DNA of 57,055 nt from the NCBI GenBank assembly GCA_041740355.1, contig JBGSMD010000067.1, positions 1 through 57,055 on the forward strand, given 5' to 3'. Below, in pieces: positions 28,788-37,426 of this stretch. The DNA comes from Bdellovibrionota bacterium. Its GTDB lineage: Bacteria > Bdellovibrionota_C > UBA2361 > CALJRW01. Made by a program: the position numbers and the translations under genes. The notes under the pieces are model-generated. The model was given only the letters and a program-made list of their open reading frames with translations, did no database searches and was not told where the DNA came from. Numbering within the stretch: position 1 is the first letter of the stretch; each line of letters opens with the position of its first letter.

Positions 28788-30209
28788 TCAAAGCTTTGTA
28801 TTAATTAATTTTGAATACTTCGCTAATTGTTTCTTTTGTATTTTAAGTTGCATCGTCAGATCTTTGAGTTGAACTTTTACTGATAGCGGCCCTGTGCTCC
28901 CAGCAACTCGTCGACGGTTAATGATGTTTCTTGGATCGATATAAGCATAAAGATCTTGTGTAAAGCTTGGACAAAATTTTTGGTAATCACTTAAGGCAAT
29001 CTGTAGCAGATACTTTTTCTGCTTGATTGCAACCTGAACTAGTTGCCCAACTATTTGATGTGCCTCGCGAAAACTGACACCTTTGGATGTTAGGTAATCA
29101 GCTAAATCTGTGGCATTGGAGTAATCGGCATAAACTTCATGCGAGATTTTTGCTGTATTAAATTTTGTTTTCTTAAGAAGCTCGCTAATTAAAATTAGGG
29201 ATTGGTTCCAGGTTTTTACAGAGTCAAATAGGGGCTCCTTATCCTCCTGTAAATCTTTAAAGTATGTCTGTGAAAGACCTTTTAAAATCGTGAGTAGATT
29301 AATTAAATTACCATTGATCCGACCTGATTTGCCTCGAATTAATTCCAACAGATCTGGATTCTTTTTTTGTGGCATCATCGAACTGGTTTGGCAGAATTCA
29401 TCAGGTAAATCTACAAAGGCAAACTCCTGCGAGGCCCAAAGTATAAATTCCTCGGATAACCCAGAAAGGTGAGTAAAGCTGATCGCCGCATTAGAAAGAT
29501 ATTCTAAGAGGTGATCGCGATCGCTAACACTATCCATGCTATTCGCCGTTGGTGCACTAAAGTTTAAAAGTTTAGCCGTATAGTTGCGATCTATTGCTAG
29601 CCCACTTCCGGCTAATGCTCCAGCACCAAGTGGGCAACGATTAAGTCGATCCCAGCTAGAAAGTAATCTTTCGATGTCCCGACTAAATTTCCAGGCATAG
29701 GCTAAGAGGTAATGGCTGAGTAACACTGGTTGGGCTCGTTGAAGATGAGTATAGCCGGGGATCATTTGATCTCCGACACTTTTGGCCAAGTTAGCTAAGG
29801 TATCTGTTAACCCTAACAAGTTCTGAACAGTTGTAACTAGTTGTCTCCGTAAGTAGAGACGAGTGTCTAGGGCTACTTGATCGTTGCGACTCCGTGCGGT
29901 GTGAAGTTTTCCAGCAACTGCTCCGATCTTTTTTAATAATTGATCTTCGATATTCATATGAACATCTTCTAGTTGCTCGGTAAAGTTTAATTTGCCTTGG
30001 TGAAATTCCTTTTGGATTTGCTTTAAGCCTTTAACTATTTTTTGTCCGTCGCTAGCTGAGATTAACTGGCATTTAACCAACATCTTACAATGGGCAATTG
30101 AGCCTAAGATGTCATCTTCCGCTAATTCTTGATCGAAGTTGATTGAAGCGTTAAAAGAATCAAATAGTTTGGAAGTTTTTGTCGTAAGGCGACTATTTCT
30201 TAATACCAT
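28788..30209 (-). CDS. argH: Argininosuccinate lyase
   Basis: HTARSRNDQ, PGYTHLQRAQP, SSMMPQKKNPD. Confidence 0.97.
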   Translation of the reverse strand: MVLRNSRLTTKTSKLFDSFNASINFDQELAEDDILGSIAHCKMLVKCQLISASDGQKIVKGLKQIQKEFHQGKLNFTEQLEDVHMNIEDQLLKKIGAVAGKLHTARSRNDQVALDTRLYLRRQLVTTVQNLLGLTDTLANLAKSVGDQMIPGYTHLQRAQPVLLSHYLLAYAWKFSRDIERLLSSWDRLNRCPLGAGALAGSGLAIDRNYTAKLLNFSAPTANSMDSVSDRDHLLEYLSNAAISFTHLSGLSEEFILWASQEFAFVDLPDEFCQTSSMMPQKKNPDLLELIRGKSGRINGNLINLLTILKGLSQTYFKDLQEDKEPLFDSVKTWNQSLILISELLKKTKFNTAKISHEVYADYSNATDLADYLTSKGVSFREAHQIVGQLVQVAIKQKKYLLQIALSDYQKFCPSFTQDLYAYIDPRNIINRRRVAGSTGPLSVKVQLKDLTMQLKIQKKQLAKYSKLINTKL

Positions 30210-30216
30210 ATTAGTT

Positions 30217-31488
30217 TTATTCTAGCTTAGATTTTTGATTCCAGTAAGTTTGCAGTCTAAGAACATTAATATCAATAAAGCCACGAGCAAGGGTTTGATC
30301 GTACCCACCAGCTTCATGCATGCTGGCAATTTTTTCAGAGTACAAACTGTTTGGTGAGTAACGACCAATTACAGTGATATTACCTTTATAAAGACTTAGG
30401 CGAACAAAACCATTAACTGCTCCTTGCGAATTATCAATATCTTTTTGCATTAGTTCACGCTCAGGGGAGACCCAATATCCGGAGTAAACTCGCTCTGCTA
30501 AGTCAATCGAAGTATGCAAGTTGCGGCGAATAACCTCGCGATCTAAGCAAAGGGCCTCGAGGTCTTGGTGGGCATTAAACAGCATTGTACCAGCGGGTGT
30601 TTCATACACGCCGCGAGATTTCATTCCAACGTAACGACTCTCAACCAAGTCAATTCGACCAATCCCATTTTCAGAACCAATCTCATTTAATTTTTGAAAG
30701 ATCTCCAGTGGCTGGGTAAATGTTTTCCCATACTTAATATCTTCAGCAATTCCAAGTTCTGTAGTTTTAAAGCTTTCAATAATTTTTAATTTAACCGGAT
30801 TTCCGTGTTTAAATTCCAATTCAAGAAAGCTCTCTTTATCGGGTGCGTCTTGCGGAGACTTAGTCATTTCAAACATGGAGTTACGTGGAATAGCAATTGG
30901 ATCTTCTAACATTCCAGCTTCGTAGCTAATATGAAGCATGTTATCATCGGTACTCCAAGGCTCTTTCTTTGTTTGTTTTACAGGAATATTGTTATCCTCG
31001 GCATACTTTAAAAGATCATCTCGACCTTTAAATTTAGCTAGGAATTCAGGATCTTTCCAGGGTGCAAAGATTTGGGCCTGTGGCATCATTGTTCTGTAAA
31101 TAAATTCAAAACGAATTTGATCATTGCCTTTGCCTGTTGCCCCATGAGCTAAGATATTTGCTTTGTGCTTTTTAGCTACAGCTACTTGACCAAGGGCCGT
31201 GACTGGGCGAGCAAGGGATGTCCCCAACAAGTACCTTCCTTCATATTTTAAATTCGCTCGTATTGCAGGTTGAATATAGTTAAGTAAAAAGTCTTCGCGT
31301 AGATCGACGATTTCTACGGCACTGGCGCCTAGAAGCAATGCTTTTTCGCGAGCCGCTTCGAAATCACATTTCTGACCAAGATCGGCCATATAGGCAATTA
31401 CTTCACAGTCTTTCTCTTTGATTAAATATTTTAAGATAATTGAAGTATCGAGACCACCAGAGTATGCTAAGACGACTTTTTGAGACAT
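30217..31488 (-). CDS. argG: Argininosuccinate synthase
   Basis: LAYSGGLDTS, HGATGKGNDQIRFE, KSRGVYETP; likely start MSQKVVL at 31488. Confidence 0.97.
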   Translation of the reverse strand: MSQKVVLAYSGGLDTSIILKYLIKEKDCEVIAYMADLGQKCDFEAAREKALLLGASAVEIVDLREDFLLNYIQPAIRANLKYEGRYLLGTSLARPVTALGQVAVAKKHKANILAHGATGKGNDQIRFEFIYRTMMPQAQIFAPWKDPEFLAKFKGRDDLLKYAEDNNIPVKQTKKEPWSTDDNMLHISYEAGMLEDPIAIPRNSMFEMTKSPQDAPDKESFLELEFKHGNPVKLKIIESFKTTELGIAEDIKYGKTFTQPLEIFQKLNEIGSENGIGRIDLVESRYVGMKSRGVYETPAGTMLFNAHQDLEALCLDREVIRRNLHTSIDLAERVYSGYWVSPERELMQKDIDNSQGAVNGFVRLSLYKGNITVIGRYSPNSLYSEKIASMHEAGGYDQTLARGFIDINVLRLQTYWNQKSKLE

Positions 31489-31634
31489 GTTAAAATATAA
31501 TTTAAAACCGCTTCTAGCATAATTCATTTGGCCATTTTTTCAAACTAAATAATGAATTTTAGCCAATCAAAATGCTGACTTCTATTGCAATAATTGCTAG
31601 AGTGCCTTGTTGATTTTTAATAACTTACAAATAA

Positions 31635-32303
31635 ATGGATCATAAACAATTAGTTGGAGAACATGTGGCACAGTTTCTTAAGGACAACCAGCAAGTGGGT
31701 GTTGGAACTGGCTCGACTGTAAGTTATGCGATTGAAGCAATTGCAAAGCGTATTAAATCCGAGAAACTAAATGTTGCTTTTGTTTCCACTTCTTTTCAGA
31801 CATCTCATCACTTAGCAAGTCTCGGTTTAACAGTTTTAGATATAAGCAATGTTCCGAAGTTAGATTGGGGCTTTGATGGAGCTGATGCGATTGATCCCAA
31901 GCGCAATGCCATCAAGGGTAAAGGTGGTGCAATGCTTCGCGAAAAGATTATGGCAGTTAGGTGCCAAGAGTATTATTTGATTATCGATCAATCTAAACTT
32001 TGTGCGGATATTGTGAAGCATTGTCCTGTTCCAGTAGAGATTTTGCCAGATGCCTTGGTAACCGTGGAGGCCAAGTTAAAGACTATGCCAATCGCTAGTC
32101 TTGATTTAAGAATGTCAGCCAATATTCATGGGCCCGTTATTACGGAGAAAGGTAATTTTATTGTCGATGTTAATTTCTTAGAGTTTAGCCCAAGTTTAGA
32201 AGGAGATTTGAAGAAGATAGTTGGCGTGGTTGAAACAGGATTGTTCTTGAATTATGCTAGCAAAGTCTTTGTGGCCGAGGGAGATAATATTCGCGAATTT
32301 TAA
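31635..32303 (+). CDS. rpiA: Ribose-5-phosphate isomerase A
   Basis: GVGTGST, DGAD, KGKGGA..REK, GVVETGLF. Confidence 0.95.
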   Translation: MDHKQLVGEHVAQFLKDNQQVGVGTGSTVSYAIEAIAKRIKSEKLNVAFVSTSFQTSHHLASLGLTVLDISNVPKLDWGFDGADAIDPKRNAIKGKGGAMLREKIMAVRCQEYYLIIDQSKLCADIVKHCPVPVEILPDALVTVEAKLKTMPIASLDLRMSANIHGPVITEKGNFIVDVNFLEFSPSLEGDLKKIVGVVETGLFLNYASKVFVAEGDNIREF

Positions 32304-32356
32304 CAAATAATCTATAAGTAATATCCTTAATAAATTTTTTTTATAAATTAATAACA

Positions 32357-33730
32357 ATGAGTAATACAAGAATAGAAAAAGATACGATGGGTGAAATGTC
32401 TGTTCCAGTAGAAGCACTATATGGGGCATCTACCCAACGGGCAGTGCTAAATTTTCAAATTAGTGAACTTCGTTTTTCTAGGGCGATGATTAAGGCTTTA
32501 GGTGCAATTAAACTTTCGTCCGCAAAAGCAAATTTAGAGCTATCCGCGCTTGACGCTAAGTTGTTTGAGTCGATTGCCCTTGCTTGTCAGGAAGTTATTG
32601 ATGCCAAGCTAGATCAACATTTTGTTGTCGATATTTTCCAGACGGGCTCTGGAACTTCGACCAACATGAATGCGAATGAAGTAATCGCTAATCGCGCGAC
32701 ACAAATTGGTGGAACTAAGATTCATCCGAACGATCATGTGAACATGGCTCAATCTTCTAATGATGTTATTCCTACTGCTATTCACGTTTCATGCGCCATG
32801 GCTATTAATGAAGAGTTAATTCCGGCTCTTGAATATTTAAAAAAGCATTTAGACGAAAAAGCAATTGAATTTAAGGATATTCTAAAATCAGGTCGTACTC
32901 ACTTACAAGATGCTACTCCAATTACGTTAGGACAAGAGTTTTCTGGTTACGCTACTCAAATCGGCAATGGGATTGCACGTGTTAAACGCTCAATGGTTTC
33001 ATTACAGGAGTTAGCACTTGGTGGAACTGCCGTTGGGACTGGACTAAACACAGATCGTAAATTTCCGGCATTAGCTATTAAGAAATTATCAGAATTATTA
33101 AAGATTGAGTTTGTGGAGGCACCAAATCATTTCGAAGCTCAAGGGGCAAGGGATGCCGTTGTCGAAATGAGTGGGCAGTTAAGAACTATTGCCTGTTCCT
33201 TGATGAAAATTGCCGATGATTTGCGATGGCTAGCAAGTGGTCCAAGGTGCGGGCTGGGAGAATTAAATTTACCAGAAATACAGCCGGGATCGAGTATAAT
33301 GCCAGCAAAAGTTAATCCAGTAATTTGCGAATCAGTGATGATGGTTGCAACTCAAGTGATTGGTAATGACACAGCTATTGCGTTAGCTGGTCAGCGAGGC
33401 AACTTTGAACTCAATGTAATGTTGCCGGTGATTGGTTATAATTTAGATCAATCAGTAAATCTGCTGGCTAGTGTTTCTCGCAACTTTGTTAATAAGTGTA
33501 TCCAAGGAATTACTGCTAACCCAGAGATTTGTTTAAAGTATGCTGAGTCTAGCCTAGCAACGTGTACCTCCCTTGCGCCAATTATTGGTTACGATCAAGC
33601 AGCAGCAGTTGCTAAGTATGCTTACAAAAATAATCTAACAGTTAGGGAAGCGGCTTTAGAGTTAAAAGTTTTACCAGAGGAAGAGCTTACCCAAGCATTA
33701 AATTTAATGGCCATGACTGCACCAAATTAG
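32357..33730 (+). CDS. fumC: Class II fumarate hydratase
   Basis: QTGSGTSTNMNANEV, GRTHLQDATP, GSSIMPAKVNP. Confidence 0.95.
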   Translation: MSNTRIEKDTMGEMSVPVEALYGASTQRAVLNFQISELRFSRAMIKALGAIKLSSAKANLELSALDAKLFESIALACQEVIDAKLDQHFVVDIFQTGSGTSTNMNANEVIANRATQIGGTKIHPNDHVNMAQSSNDVIPTAIHVSCAMAINEELIPALEYLKKHLDEKAIEFKDILKSGRTHLQDATPITLGQEFSGYATQIGNGIARVKRSMVSLQELALGGTAVGTGLNTDRKFPALAIKKLSELLKIEFVEAPNHFEAQGARDAVVEMSGQLRTIACSLMKIADDLRWLASGPRCGLGELNLPEIQPGSSIMPAKVNPVICESVMMVATQVIGNDTAIALAGQRGNFELNVMLPVIGYNLDQSVNLLASVSRNFVNKCIQGITANPEICLKYAESSLATCTSLAPIIGYDQAAAVAKYAYKNNLTVREAALELKVLPEEELTQALNLMAMTAPN

Positions 33731-33765
33731 TTTTAATCAATTTTATTTAAAATTGATTAAAACTA
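33728..33765. terminator. Perfect 18-bp inverted repeat starting at the fumC stop codon
   Basis: TAGTTTTAATCAATTTTA-TT-TAAAATTGATTAAAACTA. Confidence 0.5.
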
Positions 33766-33766
33766 T

Positions 33767-33795
33767 CACGCCATAGCCCGCAGGGCGAAGGCGGA
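33767..33795 (-). repeat. Short REP-like module (family C)
   Basis: Reverse complement is TCCGCCTTCGCCCTGCGGGCTATGGCGTG. Confidence 0.65.
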
Positions 33796-33909
33796 TTGTT
33801 TGAAAAAGATTTAATCTGGATAAAATCTCACGTCGAAACCTGTGGCGGATTATTTGCATAAGCTTAAACCAAAGTAAGCTTCGCTTCATAATCCACTAGT
33901 GGATATTAA

Positions 33910-33940
33910 TATTGCTCGGACTAATCTAGTCTGAGCAATA
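33910..33940. terminator. Hairpin after ORF 33948-34502
   Basis: TATTGCTCGGACTA / TAGTCTGAGCAATA. Confidence 0.55.
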
Positions 33941-33947
33941 GACCTCC

Positions 33948-34502
33948 TTAGTGAAACTGTTCTTTAGTCATTTCTGGTAAAGTCTTGCCGTCATTATTAA
34001 TAAATTTCTTTAAGCCGCGGCTAATAATTTTTGTTTTGTCTGGATGGTTCCCTGTTCGGCGATCGATCTCTTGCGATAATATTTTAGCAAAAAACAAACG
34101 TCGATTTGGAGCAATTTTTGGAGAGAGATGCCAAACTAAAGCTGATGGTAGGGCAATTAATAATACACCACTAGATGCCATGTAAAAAGTGGCACCACTG
34201 TAAGCTAACTGTAATCCAAAAATCACAGCTAGTAATAATCCAAGTAGGGAAAGTAAGTAGTAAGGGGTTTGCAGGTTGGATTTATTAATACAAAGTTTTT
34301 CGTCGTTAATACTAAAGTCCAGAAGATCTTCTAGATAACTCTCTAAAACTTCAGTAGGGACAAAGGCAATGTTACTTTGGAGACAACTAGGGGTTTTGCT
34401 AACTAGAAAATTATAAAATGGAATTTGGGATTCTAGCTCCAGGAGGCTTTTGCCAATAAGAGTATAGTGTTGCTTTAAATTTCCAGACTTAGATAGATCC
34501 AT
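33948..34502 (-). CDS. Hypothetical 2-TM protein
   Basis: ORF of 184 aa with two hydrophobic helices. Confidence 0.65.
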   Translation of the reverse strand: MDLSKSGNLKQHYTLIGKSLLELESQIPFYNFLVSKTPSCLQSNIAFVPTEVLESYLEDLLDFSINDEKLCINKSNLQTPYYLLSLLGLLLAVIFGLQLAYSGATFYMASSGVLLIALPSALVWHLSPKIAPNRRLFFAKILSQEIDRRTGNHPDKTKIISRGLKKFINNDGKTLPEMTKEQFH

Positions 34503-34761
34503 AAAGATATCATAACAAAATTAAGGTAATTTGTTTAGATCAGACTTTATTGTTTATAGAATTGTAGAACGAACTAGAAGTAACTTCTAAAAAAATTACT
34601 TTCTAGGACGTTTAACAGGAACTGGCACTGGTATTTTGGGCGGCAAGAAAAGATCCGCTAAAATGTCTAATAAGTATTCCCAAACTTTGCTCATGTACTT
34701 TTACTTTCGACTTGTTTACTAAAGTTCTTAAGTTTTTAGATGAAAAAACTCACAGAAGTCT

Positions 34762-35109
34762 TCAGTATTTTGTGAAATACCAAGGTGCAACCCGATTTTT
34801 TCCACGTCTTGGCATAGCTTTAATGGTATTACTGACAAATTTAGGGTCTAAATCTAATTCTTTGCAGGTCCAAGTAAAACTAAAGGGAGTTAATGGCTCA
34901 AGCTCATCTTCGTTTTGAGCTTGATTATTGGATCCGAATAGCCATTCTTCAGCGTGTTTTAGGTCTTTTTCGTCATTGCCGACAAAGTCCAAAATTGCTC
35001 TTTCTAGCATAGACATAAGAAGGTTTCTTTCTGGCGTGCCATATTGGCTGGGTTCGGTGTTAAGGGGGCTGTTATAATCAAAATTAATCATTCTATTACT
35101 ATTGCTCAT
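34762..35109 (-). CDS. Small conserved helical protein of unknown function
   Basis: PERNLL...LERAILD...AEEWL...FSF.W.C..L.LDP pattern; AAGGA SD. Confidence 0.75.
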   Translation of the reverse strand: MSNSNRMINFDYNSPLNTEPSQYGTPERNLLMSMLERAILDFVGNDEKDLKHAEEWLFGSNNQAQNEDELEPLTPFSFTWTCKELDLDPKFVSNTIKAMPRRGKNRVAPWYFTKY

Positions 35110-35341
35110 GCTTTTTTTCCTTATAACTTGCTAAATAGGAATATGAATCCCAAGGCAAATTTAAAACCAAAATCAGACTTTATAGAACCTCTGTTTATTT
35201 TATAGCTATGCCATTTAACTACAAACTTAAGTAATTTCTTGTATTTACATACTACAAATGGCTCTGCTCGAAATAATAAGGTTCTAAGCAAGTCTCTAAA
35301 TAATTTAACTGCTCTTAATGAAGACGGGGAAGTTTTAGAAT

Positions 35342-36589
35342 TTATTCAGTTAAATCTTTAACTTTATGTAATAAGGGATTAATTTCAGATAGATAGCGAA
35401 AAGCTTGATATTCTGTGACGAGCTCTAAATCGTCTGAATTATTGCTGATTGCGAATTGCGGGAAATTTTCCAGGATACCAGCAATTTGATAAAAAAGAAC
35501 GGGATCGCTTTTATTTATAGCCTTTAGTTTTTCCTTGTCGATTTTTTTAGCAAGTCTTTGTAAGTGATGAAGTTCACCAAGACCGATGCGATAAAGCTTT
35601 TGCAGGAAGTAGGTTTCATAGATTTGTAACAAATCATTATGAAAGTGATTCACAACAACTTCTAGTCCAATATTAATTGCGCCAGTCACTTGCTCGGCGC
35701 AAAAATTAATTTGCTCAAAGTTATCAAGGGGCAGTCTCCAGCGAACCATGGCTGAGTTAATTAACATTGTCAGTTCACCATCTAATTCTGTTGGATCGCC
35801 CTTAAGTCCCCAAAGTTGACTAAGAGGTTGCAGGTCAGTTGGCTCAAAAGCAGGTGTTGGAAGATTTTGAGGATTGAAATTTTGTCGAAATTTTTTACTA
35901 CTATCTTGTGATTGTTTATTATCGAATTTAAGAGGAGTGTTGAGTTCCATGGCTCGTTCCCAGCTAGGAAAGCCTTCTGATTCTAAACGTTTTTGTTTAT
36001 CTTGAAAGGAATCCTCTTGTAATTGGCTAAGGGTGGCTATAGTTGGCACACTTATTAGTTGATAAAAGATTCTTGGATCAAGATCGAAGATCATTGCTAG
36101 GAATCGATTCAGTAAGAAATTGCGATGGGGATCGCGAATGTGAACATTCACCCAAGTGCGGCCAAGATCGGGGGTAAAGTAATCGCCAGCAGGTGGCTCG
36201 TCGGTTGTCTCTTCGTATACCTGAAAGTTTACATAGCGACCTAGCAAGTAAGCTACAATTTTAAGATCGGAAGCTTTTAGAATCTTTTCTAGGATATCAA
36301 GATCCGGTGTATCGCCACCACTATCGGGCAATTCTAGCCAATGCCAAAAATTCTCTTCATTGAAGCTGTCGGTGTTCCAACAATCTAGATCCAGAAATAG
36401 CTGACATTGTTCAACTGTGCAAAGCTCAATCAGTTCGAAACAATCCGCTAAACCATTTTGTTTAATAGTTAAATACAGCGCTTGAGCTGGTAATTGTTTT
36501 ACGTACAGCTCAGGCGAATCAGAGGAAAAGATCTTTTTTAAAAGATTTTTTTGGTTATACTCATTAGTCTTAGCTAATGACTTACTCAT
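35342..36589 (-). CDS. DUF6178-like protein
   Basis: Pattern LYLTIKQ.GL.D..EL...Q....LDLDCW..D; F.....RL...GF. Confidence 0.7.
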   Translation of the reverse strand: MSKSLAKTNEYNQKNLLKKIFSSDSPELYVKQLPAQALYLTIKQNGLADCFELIELCTVEQCQLFLDLDCWNTDSFNEENFWHWLELPDSGGDTPDLDILEKILKASDLKIVAYLLGRYVNFQVYEETTDEPPAGDYFTPDLGRTWVNVHIRDPHRNFLLNRFLAMIFDLDPRIFYQLISVPTIATLSQLQEDSFQDKQKRLESEGFPSWERAMELNTPLKFDNKQSQDSSKKFRQNFNPQNLPTPAFEPTDLQPLSQLWGLKGDPTELDGELTMLINSAMVRWRLPLDNFEQINFCAEQVTGAINIGLEVVVNHFHNDLLQIYETYFLQKLYRIGLGELHHLQRLAKKIDKEKLKAINKSDPVLFYQIAGILENFPQFAISNNSDDLELVTEYQAFRYLSEINPLLHKVKDLTE

Positions 36590-37148
36590 TTTTCTTGGAT
36601 ACTTTTGGAGTGAAAATTACAAAAATTTGTTTGCCTGGTTTAGGTGATTGTGAATCGATGTCGGCAATGTCTTCTAAGGACAAAGCTACTTCTTTAAACT
36701 TTTCAATACCACGTTCCATAAAAGCAATTTCCCGACCCTTGAATAACATGGAGAATTTTACTTTATCACCTTTTTCAAGGAAGCCTCGAGCACGATCAAC
36801 TTTAGTTTTAAAGTCGCCCTTGTCTGTTGTGTAACGAATGCGAAGTTCTTTGATTACAACTTCTGATCGTTTCTTTTTAGAATCTGCTTCTTTTTTCTGT
36901 TCACGATATTTGAACTTTCCGTAGTCCATGATTTTGCAAACGGGAGGAGCGGCCTTTGGCGCAACTTCTACTAAGTCTAATCCTAAACTCTCGGCGCGAT
37001 CTAATGCTTCGCGGGTTGAAATAATGCCTAGTTGTTCACCGCTTTCGGAAATAACTCTAACTTGGGGAACTTTAATGCGGTGGTTGATACGATGTTGGTC
37101 GTTGGTAACAGTAGCCGGATTGAATCTCGGCCGGTAATTAGAACTCAA
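36582..37148 (-). CDS. infC: Translation initiation factor IF-3
   Basis: RINHRI..PQVRVI, LDLVEVAP.A.PPVCKIMDYGKF; TTG start after GGAG. Confidence 0.97.
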   Translation of the reverse strand: MSSNYRPRFNPATVTNDQHRINHRIKVPQVRVISESGEQLGIISTREALDRAESLGLDLVEVAPKAAPPVCKIMDYGKFKYREQKKEADSKKKRSEVVIKELRIRYTTDKGDFKTKVDRARGFLEKGDKVKFSMLFKGREIAFMERGIEKFKEVALSLEDIADIDSQSPKPGKQIFVIFTPKVSKKNE

Positions 37149-37426
37149 ATAAAATCTCCAAAAAAGCTAGTTTCAGATACAAATTTTGCACTTAAGATAA
37201 TAGATTTTAAATGCTGAAAATCTGAAATTGCCATAAAATTTAGGCAAGAACATAGGATGAAGTTCTTGCCGAATACGCTTCTATTTTTACAGTACTTGAA
37301 AATTAATTCAAGTACTTATGTACATTTAGTATGAATCTAGTCTCGCATTCTCCTAATTTTCAGCTTTTTACTGATCAAATCAAAGTTTTTAGTGATTAGG
37401 AAACGAAAAGTTGGTAATACGGCAGA

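Noticed and set aside
34574-34607. CTAGAAGTAAC...TTACTTTCTAG hairpin as a family A copy
   Set aside because: Only a short AT-rich resemblance, which cannot be distinguished from chance or a promoter site
37150-37420. L20 leader upstream of infC
   Set aside because: Hairpins exist but no consensus was recognisable, and rpmI-rplT do not follow
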